Position numbers and translations under genes: made by a program
Part shown: piece by piece, positions 1 to 12,177 of the stretch
Layout of the letters: each line of letters begins with the position of its first letter
Numbering within the stretch: position 1 is the first letter of the stretch
The notes under the pieces: model-generated
Seen by the model: only the letters and a program-made list of their open reading frames with translations
What the model was told of the DNA's origin: nothing
The model's database searches: none
Source: Albugo candida
Taxonomy: Eukaryota
NCBI GenBank assembly: GCA_040437565.1
Contig: JBDOQK010000050.1
Span: 124,001-188,000, forward strand
Direction of reading: 5' to 3'
DNA length: 64,000 nt

Positions 1-420
1 TGCGTCAAGGAGACGGAGAGAGTGGCAAGTCGGATATCGACGTCATTGATATCGATAATCAATGAAAGCAAGTAGACTGACTTCGTTTCTTACGTAAAAT
101 GATATCTCAATTTGCTTTGTAACACTGTTATTACAACTGGGTACATGGGACTAATGCGATCCACTCGCCACATCTCATACGCATTATGTGAGATGGTGTT
201 CAAGAGTACTTGTCGATAGGCATCTACTCCTGGTGAAGATCTGTACATAACATCAGTTTCTAAGCTAGGGACTGTGCCTATTTCTACATATTTGTAATTG
301 ATTAGCCAGCATTTGGTATTATGACTCGTCTCATCATGCAAGGCTTGAATTCCAATTGAGAATCATCAATCAGTCACATTGTACAGAAACTTCTAGCTGA
401 ATTTCTCAGATAAGTAAGTT
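1..420 (+). repeat. 3' flank of a further member of the tandem secreted-protein family (CDS lies upstream of the window)
   Basis: The window opens with tgcgtcaaggagacggagagagtg...gatatcgacgtcatt...caagtagactgacttcg. This matches the sequence right after the stop codons at 16364 and 21772/22094, and similarity continues for ~400 bp. Confidence 0.85.
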
Positions 421-3400
421 TTCTAGTTGCCTGTCGATTGACAGAATTAGTGCCTTTTAAAATCCTCATGAAGCTCTCAATTGAGGTATCTACAATAATA
501 CTGGAGTTCGACTGACTGNNNNNNNNNNNNNNNNNNNNNNNNNNNNNNNNNNNNNNNNNNNNNNNNNNNNNNNNNNNNNNNNNNNNNNNNNNNNNNNNNN
601 NNNNNNNNNNNNNNNNNNTGGTAGATCACGGAAAGCGCTGAACTTGTCGGAGTTGCTGATCGCTGTTCGAACAACGACGATTCCGATCGGTCTAGACGAA
701 GTGCAGCGTCGCCACTTGCAGCGAAGTCCATAAATCAGATAAAATGTGCTGATACGTCTTTCCATGCCGGGCGTAGTGCTGGCACAATTGCACATGCAAT
801 ATGCGTCCAGCGTGGACCGTGGGAGAAAAGCTGATCCCGAGTAGGGAGTTGATCCATCCATAACTTCGACGTCTGACAGCACTAGAGAAATATATGTTGA
901 CTGGATTCTACGACAAGAAGAATCGTTGGTGGAACCTTCAACATATTAACACATGCTCGCCAAAGATGCTATACTTGATAATCTTGGCTGTAGACAGCAC
1001 CTAGGCTAGTTAGGCGCTGAGTTGGAGTAGCATCAGAGTAAAATAATTCAGCGCTGGAGAAAGTCACCGGCACATCCAATTCTCAGACCTTAATGAATCC
1101 TTGTAAATTATCTGTCACTATTGAAGTTCTGTTAATGGATACACCTACCTGCGATTTCTCGGGTGCACGCAATGGTAAAAATTGGACTATTTATATGCCA
1201 AAAAAGACACTCGTTTTGACCAACTGAAAAAGAACGTTCGAAATCATCGTTCTTAGCTCTTAATCAAAGAAGCGCTTATCAATCTACATCAACGAATCAA
1301 ATGCCATCGTAACTTAACATTGTAGTGAGAGAGTTGCAATGGAAGAAGCCTCATCTAGAGCCACAATAAAAGAGGACGTGCGATTTTTTTTTGAGGCTAT
1401 TCCGATAAAGCGTAATCCATATTTACCAACTCTGGATGTGGTTGACTTGTATGATGCTGTTCTTCATCATGGTATGCAATGCCCTGTGAAATATCCTCTG
1501 TTCCGCTCCCTCGGCCTTCTACTCATCCGAAAAATTCGGTATAGGCGCAAACGACTCAGTGAAGGCATCTCGACAACCACCACCACAAATTCGAAGACAT
1601 TGATGGTAATGGCCATTGTATCGGGTACGACAGCGAAATGTCCAAATTTGAATTCTGTGATAAGGCACATAAACATGTACAGCTCGCTCCATACAGACCG
1701 GTCACCACCGTAGAAGCACACACGACGTTCTTTTCTTCCTTGGTACCGCTCAACATACTCGCACACCTTTTAAAGCATAGTCTTCCAGCGGTAGCTTGTC
1801 GACTCGGCACAAATCTCAATCAAGCTTTTAGAATCGAACAAGATCCTTTCTCTCCTGTCTTATTCATAAAGTCATTCTAGCTCTACCCGAACTGAATAAG
1901 TCACATCGGCATTCCTCCTCCCTGTGCTCATTCGTATTGTTGACTACGACCCACAAAGCACTTCCTTCTGTCACAAAGTAACCTGGCCTATAGAACCCTC
2001 AAGCTCCTTCTCGGTTCCCCAACTTTTCAGCCTTTTGCAGCAATAAAGGGACCGCTCAAGAGGATCCGCTGTCCCCTGGATTATTCATTGTCTGCCTCGA
2101 TAGTGGCACTCCGCGACCTTTTTATCTCTTGAATTATGGATTATCTCAGCGTACTTGTCTATGCCAATGATGTCGGCTTTGTTAAAAAAAAGCTTGACGG
2201 GATTTTTCCATTGCTCAAGTCGTCTTCTCTGGATAATCACATCGATGCCACATAAACAATATGGACGCGAATCATAAAGCTACAGACAATCAGAGGTGAC
2301 GCATCCGAAAACAAGGCACTTAGAGGCTGTAACAACCTCCATTGTACGTGCATGCATAGTTATATATAGTTGGAGAAGTGGATTAGCCAATCGGATAGGT
2401 GAACCAGGATTCTCTAATTAAAAACTCACTTTCCATTTTGTATCAAATAAAGCTCCGCCAACAGTTATCTTCCTCTGCTTCCCCCTGCCGGCGTTACAGG
2501 GGCCGTGAGGGATTATCACACAGACAAAAAAGGCGAACAGAGCGTTCTTCAAAATTTGAAAATTGTAATTCGTTCCCGTATCATCTCTGACGGCCTATGG
2601 TTTCAACTTTCTCAACAAGTACGTTCTTCCAGTCTTACTTTACAAATTTGGAACATGGACGTTGTTTTGAAACAAAGCCTTAGTCGAATAGAATCTTCCC
2701 AGTGCCACCGACTCTGTCGCGTTCTTTGGGCTTACTGTCGTACTAAAGCCCTGCAAGTAAAATTTCCAGACAGTACCTCGCCGGCAACACATCACGACAG
2801 CCCGATGGAGCCTATTTCGGCAAAATTTGCATCCCCGGACTAAAGTATAGCTCAAACCATTATGATCTAGTATTTCAGTACGCCTAGGGGATCTCAAAGT
2901 TCCGAGGTAGAACACCAAGGTGTCTTGCAATGTATACTCCAGAGATATCCAAAGTCCTATCTTAAAACTTACGACCTACTCTGATCAATGCTATTGCGCG
3001 CACCTTGCTAAACGTCGTCCTATATGTGATGCGTTAAACAAGTTCTTAAGTCAGGCCGCTGACCACCAGTACGTAGCAAAAATACCTATTAGCCGCAGGC
3101 GGGAATTAGAATCCCATTTTGCAATTTGCTGCACCACGAAAACGTTTAGGAATATTGATTATATCATCATTTTCTATTCGACCAAACAAACCTAACAGCA
3201 ATTACAGCAAGGAGTCCAGAAGTAGTGTCTCATCCAGTTGACATTTTACGTGCAGACTTCATGTGAAGAAGTGATTACCTTTTTGCACAGCCTTGAGCTG
3301 GAGTTCCAAGTTCGCGTGTGTGACTAGCTTTGAGGTAAAGCATTTTGGATTCTGCTTATCACATGGCCCGGGCGCGCAGATGACGACCGGTAGAAAGCAC

Positions 3401-6400
3401 TTTTTGCTATGCAACAAGCTTTTATGTGTGAATATGAGGCGAGAGATACTTTGAGCCATAAGCAGCCATAAGTTCTGTGTCGCTATTTGGCAATTCTCGC
3501 ATTCTCTAGAAAACAGTAATCTCGGTGGGAATATGCATGCATACTTTTCGTTACAGGGGTCGAAGCAAAGTAGCAATCATAAAATTGAAACTAGAAAATG
3601 TGGCCTTCTTCATCTTTTTGTATAAAAAAAATGTCTTTCCAGGTTTAGTGTCGTGGCACCTCCCTGGAAAAAATTGCTCAAGGCGCCGGCAACCAAGAAG
3701 AGCGAAACCTGCCAGTAAGACTCACGAAAGTTCAAGATTGTATTCTCTTGTGCGTCAATCGAGTCTGACGTATTCCAGAATCGGAGCTGTAGCAAAGCAT
3801 TCGAACGAGAGAGATACGAAAAATCCTCTCAGTGATTTTTTAAAATTCCCTTAGATTGCTATGACCAGCTAATTTTTAGTTTGATATGAATTTTTGGACG
3901 AATCTCACAATGAGATTGAGCCAAACTTACAAGGTAACTATTTAATCACTAGTAATGGCCGCTTTTCATCAACATTGGTGGTTGCATCAACCAGTGCGCA
4001 TGGGTAGGGTCAGTACATCAAATACGGCAAGTATGTCGGTGCGTTAAAAGCGGCAGCGGAATCGTATACAACTGAGCCTTCTTCGCACAAGAAAGGACGT
4101 TTGCTGGACATCTTAATCGGCGCTCCGGCTACTGCAGTGCTGTTCCAAAACGGTATCTGTGCAAGTGCTTGGGAGGCCATCTAGATCGACCCGAAGGAAT
4201 CAATCATCTGCATCGTCGACGCAAAGAAATTCGTCGGAATTTTACCTCGTTGCAATAGCCTTGGATTCACCCATGCAAAGAAGATGCGGTCGTTGCATTA
4301 GGGTAGGACGCAACGCACGAAGATGTGAAAGTGCAACAACAGGACCCACAGGACTAAGTTCATAGAATATAAGGTTCTTGTCTCATGAATGATCAGTATA
4401 CAGTGAGAATAGAATAGTCTTGTGGTATGAATAATTCGTGAAGTGTGAAATAGTCTAACAAGAATGATCACGAAACGAAATACGCGAGCGCGAACTGAAC
4501 TGAATGATTGCGAATTGGACGCGAAATAAGTGACGTCAAAAACTAGTGGGCAGTACTAGGCGTACGTCAGCACAATGCAAGCATAAAACTAGATAATCAT
4601 ATCAAACTGAGGGGACTTTTTAACGGTTCCCTTAGAGAATCATTTTGTGATAATAAAAAAAAGGGGGCAGAAAACAATAGAAATGAAGCTCGGGATCAAG
4701 AGATGCAGTATCTATAAGGAATCGAACGCATCATTTGCACTCTTCGAAGAGGTAATGTGCTACAGGAGCTGGCATGATGGGTGTTCGCGACTTCTCGGTG
4801 ACAGATTTTTATGTCAGGATAATGATTGCAGACTCATGATATTCTTTTACCCCGGCACTCAATAGTACCATCTGTGGGTAGAATATGCGTGGGATGGTTA
4901 AACATACTTCTGGGGAGGCTATCGCTTTACTTCAAATCCTTCAGTGGAAAAACTCTATAAATGGAGAGATATCTGAAGAGATCTGACGCAGCGCAAAATT
5001 GCCGATGCAAAACAAGCAACTTGGCATCTGACAGACTTTCTAACGTACACAGCCTTGAATGCATCTAGCTATTTACATGATAAATAATTCATCACTCACG
5101 TCCGATGCGGTGTAGCAGACTTATAGATAGAAAACTGCGCACCCTCTGCTATAGCGATGAGTAAAAAAGAGCTCGTAAATAATTTGACGCAAACTATGAC
5201 CTTACGTAAGCTTGTTCTAGGTATAAGCGATAATGAGTGAATGACGGACTTTGACAGTCCCGCATCAATCTTTCGTCGAACACACGCCAGACAATTCTCC
5301 AACATGCACCTACCTGTTCGATCAAAATCCTTTCTCTTCCATCTTTCCATCTGGAAATGAGGTTTTTCAGCATGGAAAATCATATGTACTTGAAAGAAAC
5401 GATGTAATTCGAAGGTGGCATAATTATGTCCCTGTATATGGACTGTACTTGCACGCATCGATAGTACAGGTACACGGTGTCGGAATTGGGGTGTAGAATT
5501 TAAAATCCGCAGCTAAGAATTGCCAGCCAGGAGAAAGATACAAGGACACGTCTATCTTGCCTACAGGAAGATATTCCCACAAACCGAGTTAATGAAAGTC
5601 AATGTCGTATGCCATTTGTGATAGTTTGCTGCAACCAAGTCAATGGTTACTATGCTTTGCGCAAATATACCATGGTAACGTAGTATGGTCATTGTAAAGC
5701 CTTGTTAGAATATTCCAAGTGGATCAAGACTCTAGCCAAGGAGTGATAAATCCGTGATGATATGCTTTTATGGTCCGAATCAGATGCAGGCAGTTTGATA
5801 AGAAAAAACGACAAATTGGAGGTACATCAGACAGTTCGAATGGATCCTCGTAAGTCCGATTGCGCTGGTCTATCGTCGATATCTACGCATTAAAGTTTCT
5901 TCTTGATATCGGATACGTAGACTTATAATAATACGTGGTTGCCTTTAAAAAGGAACTTTTCGTGGGACAGGTTGAAGCATGACGATCGTCAGATTGTATC
6001 GATCTGCATTTTGGAAGAACTCGCATTTCGACACGCATAATCGCTAAGAAAGTAATTACACGATCAAGAACACCGGTTTTTGTAATTTTGAATCCTTAAT
6101 GCAATCGAGCGCACATACCACTTTACCAATGGATTTAAACTCATTCTATTGCGAAATGACGAAGTATATGCAACATTCTAGGCAAATGCAGCAAATCAGC
6201 ACTTATATTTCTCATAAAGAACCCTTCCACAAGATGGGTGGAGGCTACGCAATTTTCTAAAATCGTATTTTGCTGGCTCCAAGAGCTTCGTAGCCGCTCA
6301 ACCACCAGATCGTTTGCGTAAACAATATTTACACAGCCATCGTTGTCCTCCTAACTGCTCAGTCATTTTTGATTTATTCAACAGCTACCAACTTCGAATA

Positions 6401-6420
6401 TCAAAACTTGTTCTTCTACA

Positions 6421-7548
6421 ATGAAAACGCCAACACTTTCGTCTTCCGTCGTTCTGCTGGTTTCCAAACAAGCTCTGACTATGGAACGGGAAGTGAATGG
6501 CTTACGTCTGGACCAATTGGAATCGTTCAAACATGAAATTGCCGAACGACCCAGACCACTGAAACAAAAAAGTTTTGACGACGATTTGTCAGCATTTTCG
6601 CCGACAACGACTAATATCCGTGTTCGAAAAATCGCATCTTCTCAAAATTTGATTGAACAACGCTCTCTACAACCAGCAATCGATTGCAGGAATTGTAGCT
6701 TTGCCAAAGCAACCTCGGGACGAATTCTCGGCGACAGATCCGACCGTGATGGAGAAGGAAATATGCGTGGATCTCATTTTTTCCATCCGATTGTTTCCGA
6801 ACCGCATCCGCATCGGCGCTTCCATTCACAGGACCAACCACGTGACGATGAGGTCGAGACGATCAAGCTTCTTCCATTATTCCCCACTTCACCTGGTGGT
6901 GTATTTGACTCAGTTCAACCGCCTCCGGCCGGTACGTTCTCACCTATGGAAGGGATCCACTCGACGAAGACCCATAATTTATATCCGCCTCAACCTAGCC
7001 AAGAAATTCACTCGGCTACAACGTTTTCACCTCAATTCGCCAAACCTGACCCACACACCTACTCATATATACCCAATCATTCGAATCAAGATGCCGCTCT
7101 GGTACATTCAGCTCCACCGGTAGTTATTTACATGGGTCACACGTATTTACCACAGGATTCTACACCCCGTCGAATAAGGAGATATAGACGAACCTCGATG
7201 CATGCACCTACTCATCAACAGACTACAGAACAATCAACTCCGCATATGGGGTATCTCGCTTCTACTTCATACCAATCTATTCATCGAAATCCAAACCCGT
7301 CGGGTGAATNNNNNNNNNNNNNNNNNNNNNNNNNNNNNNNNNNNNNNNNNNNNNNNNNNNNNNNNNNNNNNNNNNNNNNNNNNNNNNNNNNNNNNNNNNN
7401 NNNNNNNNNGTATCTCGCTTCTACTTCATACCAATCTATTCATCGAAATCCAAACCCGTCGGGTGAATTGATGCCTCATTATTCAGAGCCAGAGGATCAA
7501 GACTCCACAGGAAGTAACAATATGTTTACTAGGATAAGGCGCGGATAA
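6421..7548 (+). CDS. Putative secreted effector candidate, tandem family copy 1 (~322 aa after collapsing the gap overlap)
   Basis: Intronless ORF. N-terminus MKTPTLSSSVVLLVSKQALTMEREVNG (weakly hydrophobic); family motifs TNIRV, SSQN, IDCRNCSF and SGRILG; P/S/H-rich C-terminus with RRIRRYRR. The gap at 7310-7409 is flanked by a duplicated ~59 bp (offset 159, in frame). Confidence 0.8.
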   Translation: MKTPTLSSSVVLLVSKQALTMEREVNGLRLDQLESFKHEIAERPRPLKQKSFDDDLSAFSPTTTNIRVRKIASSQNLIEQRSLQPAIDCRNCSFAKATSGRILGDRSDRDGEGNMRGSHFFHPIVSEPHPHRRFHSQDQPRDDEVETIKLLPLFPTSPGGVFDSVQPPPAGTFSPMEGIHSTKTHNLYPPQPSQEIHSATTFSPQFAKPDPHTYSYIPNHSNQDAALVHSAPPVVIYMGHTYLPQDSTPRRIRRYRRTSMHAPTHQQTTEQSTPHMGYLASTSYQSIHRNPNPSGEXXXXXXXXXXXXXXXXXXXXXXXXXXXXXXXXXXYLASTSYQSIHRNPNPSGELMPHYSEPEDQDSTGSNNMFTRIRRG

Positions 7549-10500
7549 ATACAACTGGGCTGACTTCGATTTTGCCTATATAATGTAAATTCTTTCATTT
7601 GCCCTGCAGTATAACTGGTGTCCGTTTATAATAGTCGACATGAAAGTGATGCGATCTATTCGCTACATCTCTTCCACAATATATGGAGTGGTTTTCAAAC
7701 TACTTGACGATAAGTGTCTACTCCCGATGCAGCTGTACGTGAAATATTCTCCTTAATAAGGTAGTGTGCCTATCTCTGCATGTTTCAATAGTGTAACCAG
7801 CTTTTGGTATCAGGGATCGTCATTTATGATTCACAGCATCGTGCAATATTCAAATTGGATCATCTTCCATTAACATTCAGGCACCGCCACGTCAATCAGT
7901 GATCCAGGCTACTCAAGTCAAGGAGACGGTCTCAGATAGTAGCAAATGACTAAGTGTGAAGATCGCTCAACTCAGCGAGGTCGAGAATACGAGACCCAAG
8001 GCCTTTTTGCGGTTTACATAGTGATTTTCATCTTTCTTGGTATTGTGGGTAAGTTTTATAAATTGGATTCAGTTCGATATTCTGGATATGAGTTCAAAAC
8101 CTGAGTTGGTTATATGTGTCCTTCTCCCGTTGGATCAAAGGTCGATACGTGAGGCGTTAGTTGTCTATACAAAATGCATCTTTCTTAAGCTATATTAGAG
8201 GTACGTAAAGCCACGATTGATCAGTCCAACCTTGACGCGGCATCAAATCAAGAATACAGATCACTTGATGCAGTAGGAGCGTTGATATTCGACTCAAATG
8301 CCAGCACAGATAGAATATTGATCGTTGAGGGCTCTTATATCAATCTACCCTATTGATCACAATCAAATGATACACAGTTCGCAACCAAGTAAGAAACTTG
8401 TGTCTGATCGTTATTTATACAAAACTGAACAAACATTACTTCGATGCAGGGGTACCAATTGATCTGAAGCAGCAAGTAAAATACTAAAAATCAGTCCGCG
8501 CACTGGAAAATGGTTGAAGGAATTCGGGCCTTAGCTTCAAATGAGGGAACATGAGTCGGCATGTAATTGCTCTCTTTGCTTATCCATGGAGCTACTGTTA
8601 GTGCTATATTGAATACATGATTGTGAACTTTGAGCCAGTCTGGTTCGGCCACCATCGAGCCTATCGTCCCAACGTACAAGAGATGATGAAACCGATTTCC
8701 ACCGCAAAACCTCGCTCGTTATTATTTCATATCGCTGAACCAATTGTGTGTACGTGGCAAAACGCACTAGCAGCTGGCTGCTCGAAAATATGATATGGAA
8801 GTCTTTCAGGAAGACGATCCGATATAAATAGTAAATGTGATCCAGAAAATCCTCCGCGATGGAACACGAGTGATACTATCGTTGCTATCTGCGTACATTT
8901 CATATATGGCCGTGAAGAATAAGGGACTTATGTTCTAGTCTCAAGAAGAAGAAAGGACCGAAGTGGACTCAGTCCATTCAAAGCACAGATGTAGCAATCA
9001 TGTTTTAATCTTCAATCTTTTTGTTTGTTAGAATAAAAATCTTACTACGTGTGCTATTGATCTTGTTATGTGTGTCATTTGATCAAAGCACTCTCTAGCA
9101 TAGTCATTCGGGTCGTATCTGATGGTTCAGGTGGATCAAGCGTAGCAGTGATCACGATGGAATTGGTGGTGCATACATACATGGTCAGGAATAGAAGCAC
9201 GGAATACCTCACCTCCTAAAAGAATGATCAAGCTTTTCGCCACAGAGTTTACCAATTATTCAATCATGGGAGCACATTGATATACGTCTTCTAGAAAGCT
9301 AAAATCTGCGCATCTTTTGGACGTAAAGAAGCCTGCGTTGAAATCGTGAGTGAGAATGACGCCGAATGCTTCTTTTGACTATCACGGGGTTTTGTACGTT
9401 TAATTATGAGGAATGAACATTAACGAGGCTTTATAAGGATATGTGGCATTCTAGAACGACGCTCATGCTAACTGAGAAGCAGCAGGCTACCGAGAGTTTT
9501 GTTTGGGCAAAACAACATGGCTACCAAAAATACGGGTAAACATAATTTGTTTTGTTTCTAAAGTAGGATATTTCACATATGAAGCCTTCGTCTAATAGCG
9601 CGTAAGGATGTGCAACTGATTCAGGGGTCAAATGAGGCATAGGGCGAACACGAATGTAGCGAGAATGGTATCCAAAGTCTGTTATAATTGGTCAGGTGCT
9701 ACGAACGTAGCAACTCGCATAGGGCTCCATGTGATGTTATTCAACTTTAGTGCTGCCAAGAATCAATCTTTCGTAGAGCTGTAGCTTNNNNNNNNNNNNN
9801 NNNNNNNNNNNNNNNNNNNNNNNNNNNNNNNNNNNNNNNNNNNNNNNNNNNNNNNNNNNNNNNNNNNNNNNNNNNNNNNNNNNNNNNTCAAATGAGGCAT
9901 AGGGCGAACACGAATGTAGCGAGAATGGTATCCAAAGTCTGTTATAATTGGTCAGGTGCTACGAACGTAGCAACTCGCATAGGGCTCCATGTGATGTTAT
10001 TCAACTTTAGTGCTGCCAAGAATCAATCTTTCGTAGAGCTGTAGCTTTCATACGGCAATCGTTTGAAGCTTGCCCAATAGACCATGCAAGTATACTTGTC
10101 CGCGATGCAATAGATTTTGCCCATGCATTGATGACATAAATGGGAAAGGGAAGTCGAACGTTGGCAGGAAACTCAATGCTTCATACACTACTACTGTACT
10201 AGGAGCATGCTATAGTGTCGAAGAATTAGCGAGTCCTTATCAAACTTTGTCATTGGCGGAAGGCAAATCGCCTGGTAAAAGTTCCATTGTCCAATTGTAA
10301 AATAACTGATTTCGAAGCAGCTGAGATAAATGTCTGGAATTATTTCTGTTCGTCCTCTTCATGTCCCATTCGCATCCTAGCAGCTGCAATCCGTGTCAGC
10401 AATGCCTTTGCTCATCGCCATATGAAAAATNNNNNNNNNNNNNNNNNNNNNNNNNNNNNNNNNNNNNNNNNNNNNNNNNNNNNNNNNNNNNNNNNNNNNN

Positions 10501-10889
10501 NNNNNNNNNNNNNNNNNNNNNNNNNNNNNNTGTCAGCAATGCCTTTGCTCATCGCCATATGAAAAATCCCTATCGAGAAGAAATTATAATTTCATACAGG
10601 TTAAAGAAGCGCTGTTCACCGCATCCAAAGTGCGTGTTCTCACGGTGCCCGACATTTGTATTCCATCTGCCGTACGTTTCGAATGCACGCAGTCTTTTGG
10701 GTGCTGTCACAATCAAACGAAGATGGGTGCTTTTCAAGAAAAATTGCTGCGTGTTCTGAGAGTCTCGCGGTCAGTAATCTGACTGAACGCTTCCGTAAAC
10801 AAATTCTACACGGTGCACGCTCTCTTCTTCGCTGATCAATCCTTGTTGAACTTGCCAACAGCTTTCAACTTGAAACCTCTGTTTCGTCT

Positions 10890-12177
10890 TTAAGAAGGCC
10901 AACATTTTCGTCTCCGATCGTGCGGCTCCTTTCCATAGTAGCTATAATATGAAAGGGGAAGTGAGTGGCCCGCATATGGACCCATGGTAACAGTTCCAAA
11001 TTGAGATTGCTGAACTAAAAGGTCCAAATAAGCAAAGAAGAAGAAGCTTTGACTGGAACTCGTCGGGATTGTCGCCGACAAAACAGAGTCTACGTGTTGA
11101 ACCACCGCATCTTCGCATAACTCAATTTGACAACGCGCTGGACAACTGCCAATTGTTTGCAAGGATTGTGGCTTCGACACGTCAACTTCTGGTCGATTTC
11201 TTGACAAAATATTTGGCTTTGGCAGAAAATAAAGTTCTGAGAAAAGCAAAAGAACAAATGCAAAAACAAAAGAAAATCGATTCAAATATTTTCCGCTGCG
11301 TGTCGAGTATCCCAATTCTAACCGCGTACGCTATTTTTACGTAAAAAAACACTTCGACACCTGCTTTTCGGCCCGTATCAGAAGCACGATCGACAACCGT
11401 CTGTCTGACGATGCAAGTAACCCTCACCGACAAGTGTATCTGAAAATTCAGCCACACATGGAGTACCCTGAATTCATCGACCATAGCAAATCTTTCCAGA
11501 ATATGCCATATTACGCGATTCCAACTGGGTATATGCAACATAATTACCTATCTATCTGCCCGTCTTAATAAATTTGATGATGATGATGATGTGCATACTA
11601 GCAACGCACGTCGTTAACATGTTTCTGGCCCTACGCATGGTTACATCATCCCCCCAGTCTCTACAGCCTCACCCATCTCATTCCAAGCGGCATTTCGAAA
11701 ATTACTTCACTTGCTACCATAGCATCAAGCTGTCCCAAATTCACATTGTGAATGAGGTCGACTTGGTAAAATCGAAAGTAGGCTATTTTATGTCACGTAG
11801 GGAAGGGATCGACTCAACCAATACTTGTTCATATTCCCGATCAAGCCTAGCCCAGAGATCGACTCGGTCAAAATGTCTCCACCTCTTTTGACCCCATCTG
11901 ACACATCTATACATTATTGACACGAACTTGCCGCAGGTTTACTTAAAACTCATGATGGAACCCTTGAGACTGGCCCCACGAAGCCGTCACCTGCTCATTA
12001 ACAAGCTACGAAACCATCAATTCTGTATAATGGACACCACGCTTCTGATTCATACTATTCTGATTATCGACCCGAAATTTGTCGGCGGATTTGATGCCTC
12101 GATACTCAGGTTCGTCAGAGGAAGGGAATGTCAGGGAATATCAACAAATGAGCCTAACAGGATATGCTGGAAATTAA
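10890..12177 (+). pseudogene. Pseudogene of the tandem secreted family (copy 2)
   Basis: The start codon position reads TTA (tta aga agg cca aca ttt tcg tct ccg atc gtg). There is a frameshift in the signal region, an in-frame TAA at 10988-10990 and further frameshifts. It retains QSLRV, IVCKDCGFDTSTSGRFLD and the family 3' end acaggatatgctggaaattaa. Confidence 0.85.

Noticed and set aside
619-3900. Short ORFs as possible transposon or gene remnants
   Set aside because: No recognisable RT, integrase, transposase or other domain motif in the frames I read.
4000-4640. Protein-like broken frame (GQYIKYGKYVGALKAAAE...) followed by an LTR-looking tract with gaact/gaat repeats
   Set aside because: No second LTR, primer-binding site, target-site duplication or identifiable domain; cannot be supported.
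6685-6720. Classifying the tandem family as CCG or canonical RXLR effectors
   Set aside because: Spacing is CxxC-x7-G at ~aa 89, the Cys pair is lost or halved in two open copies, and there is no RxLR-dEER.
11574-11891. ORF starting MMMMMM
   Set aside because: A short (TGA/ATG)n microsatellite inside the copy-2 pseudogene; not an independent gene.
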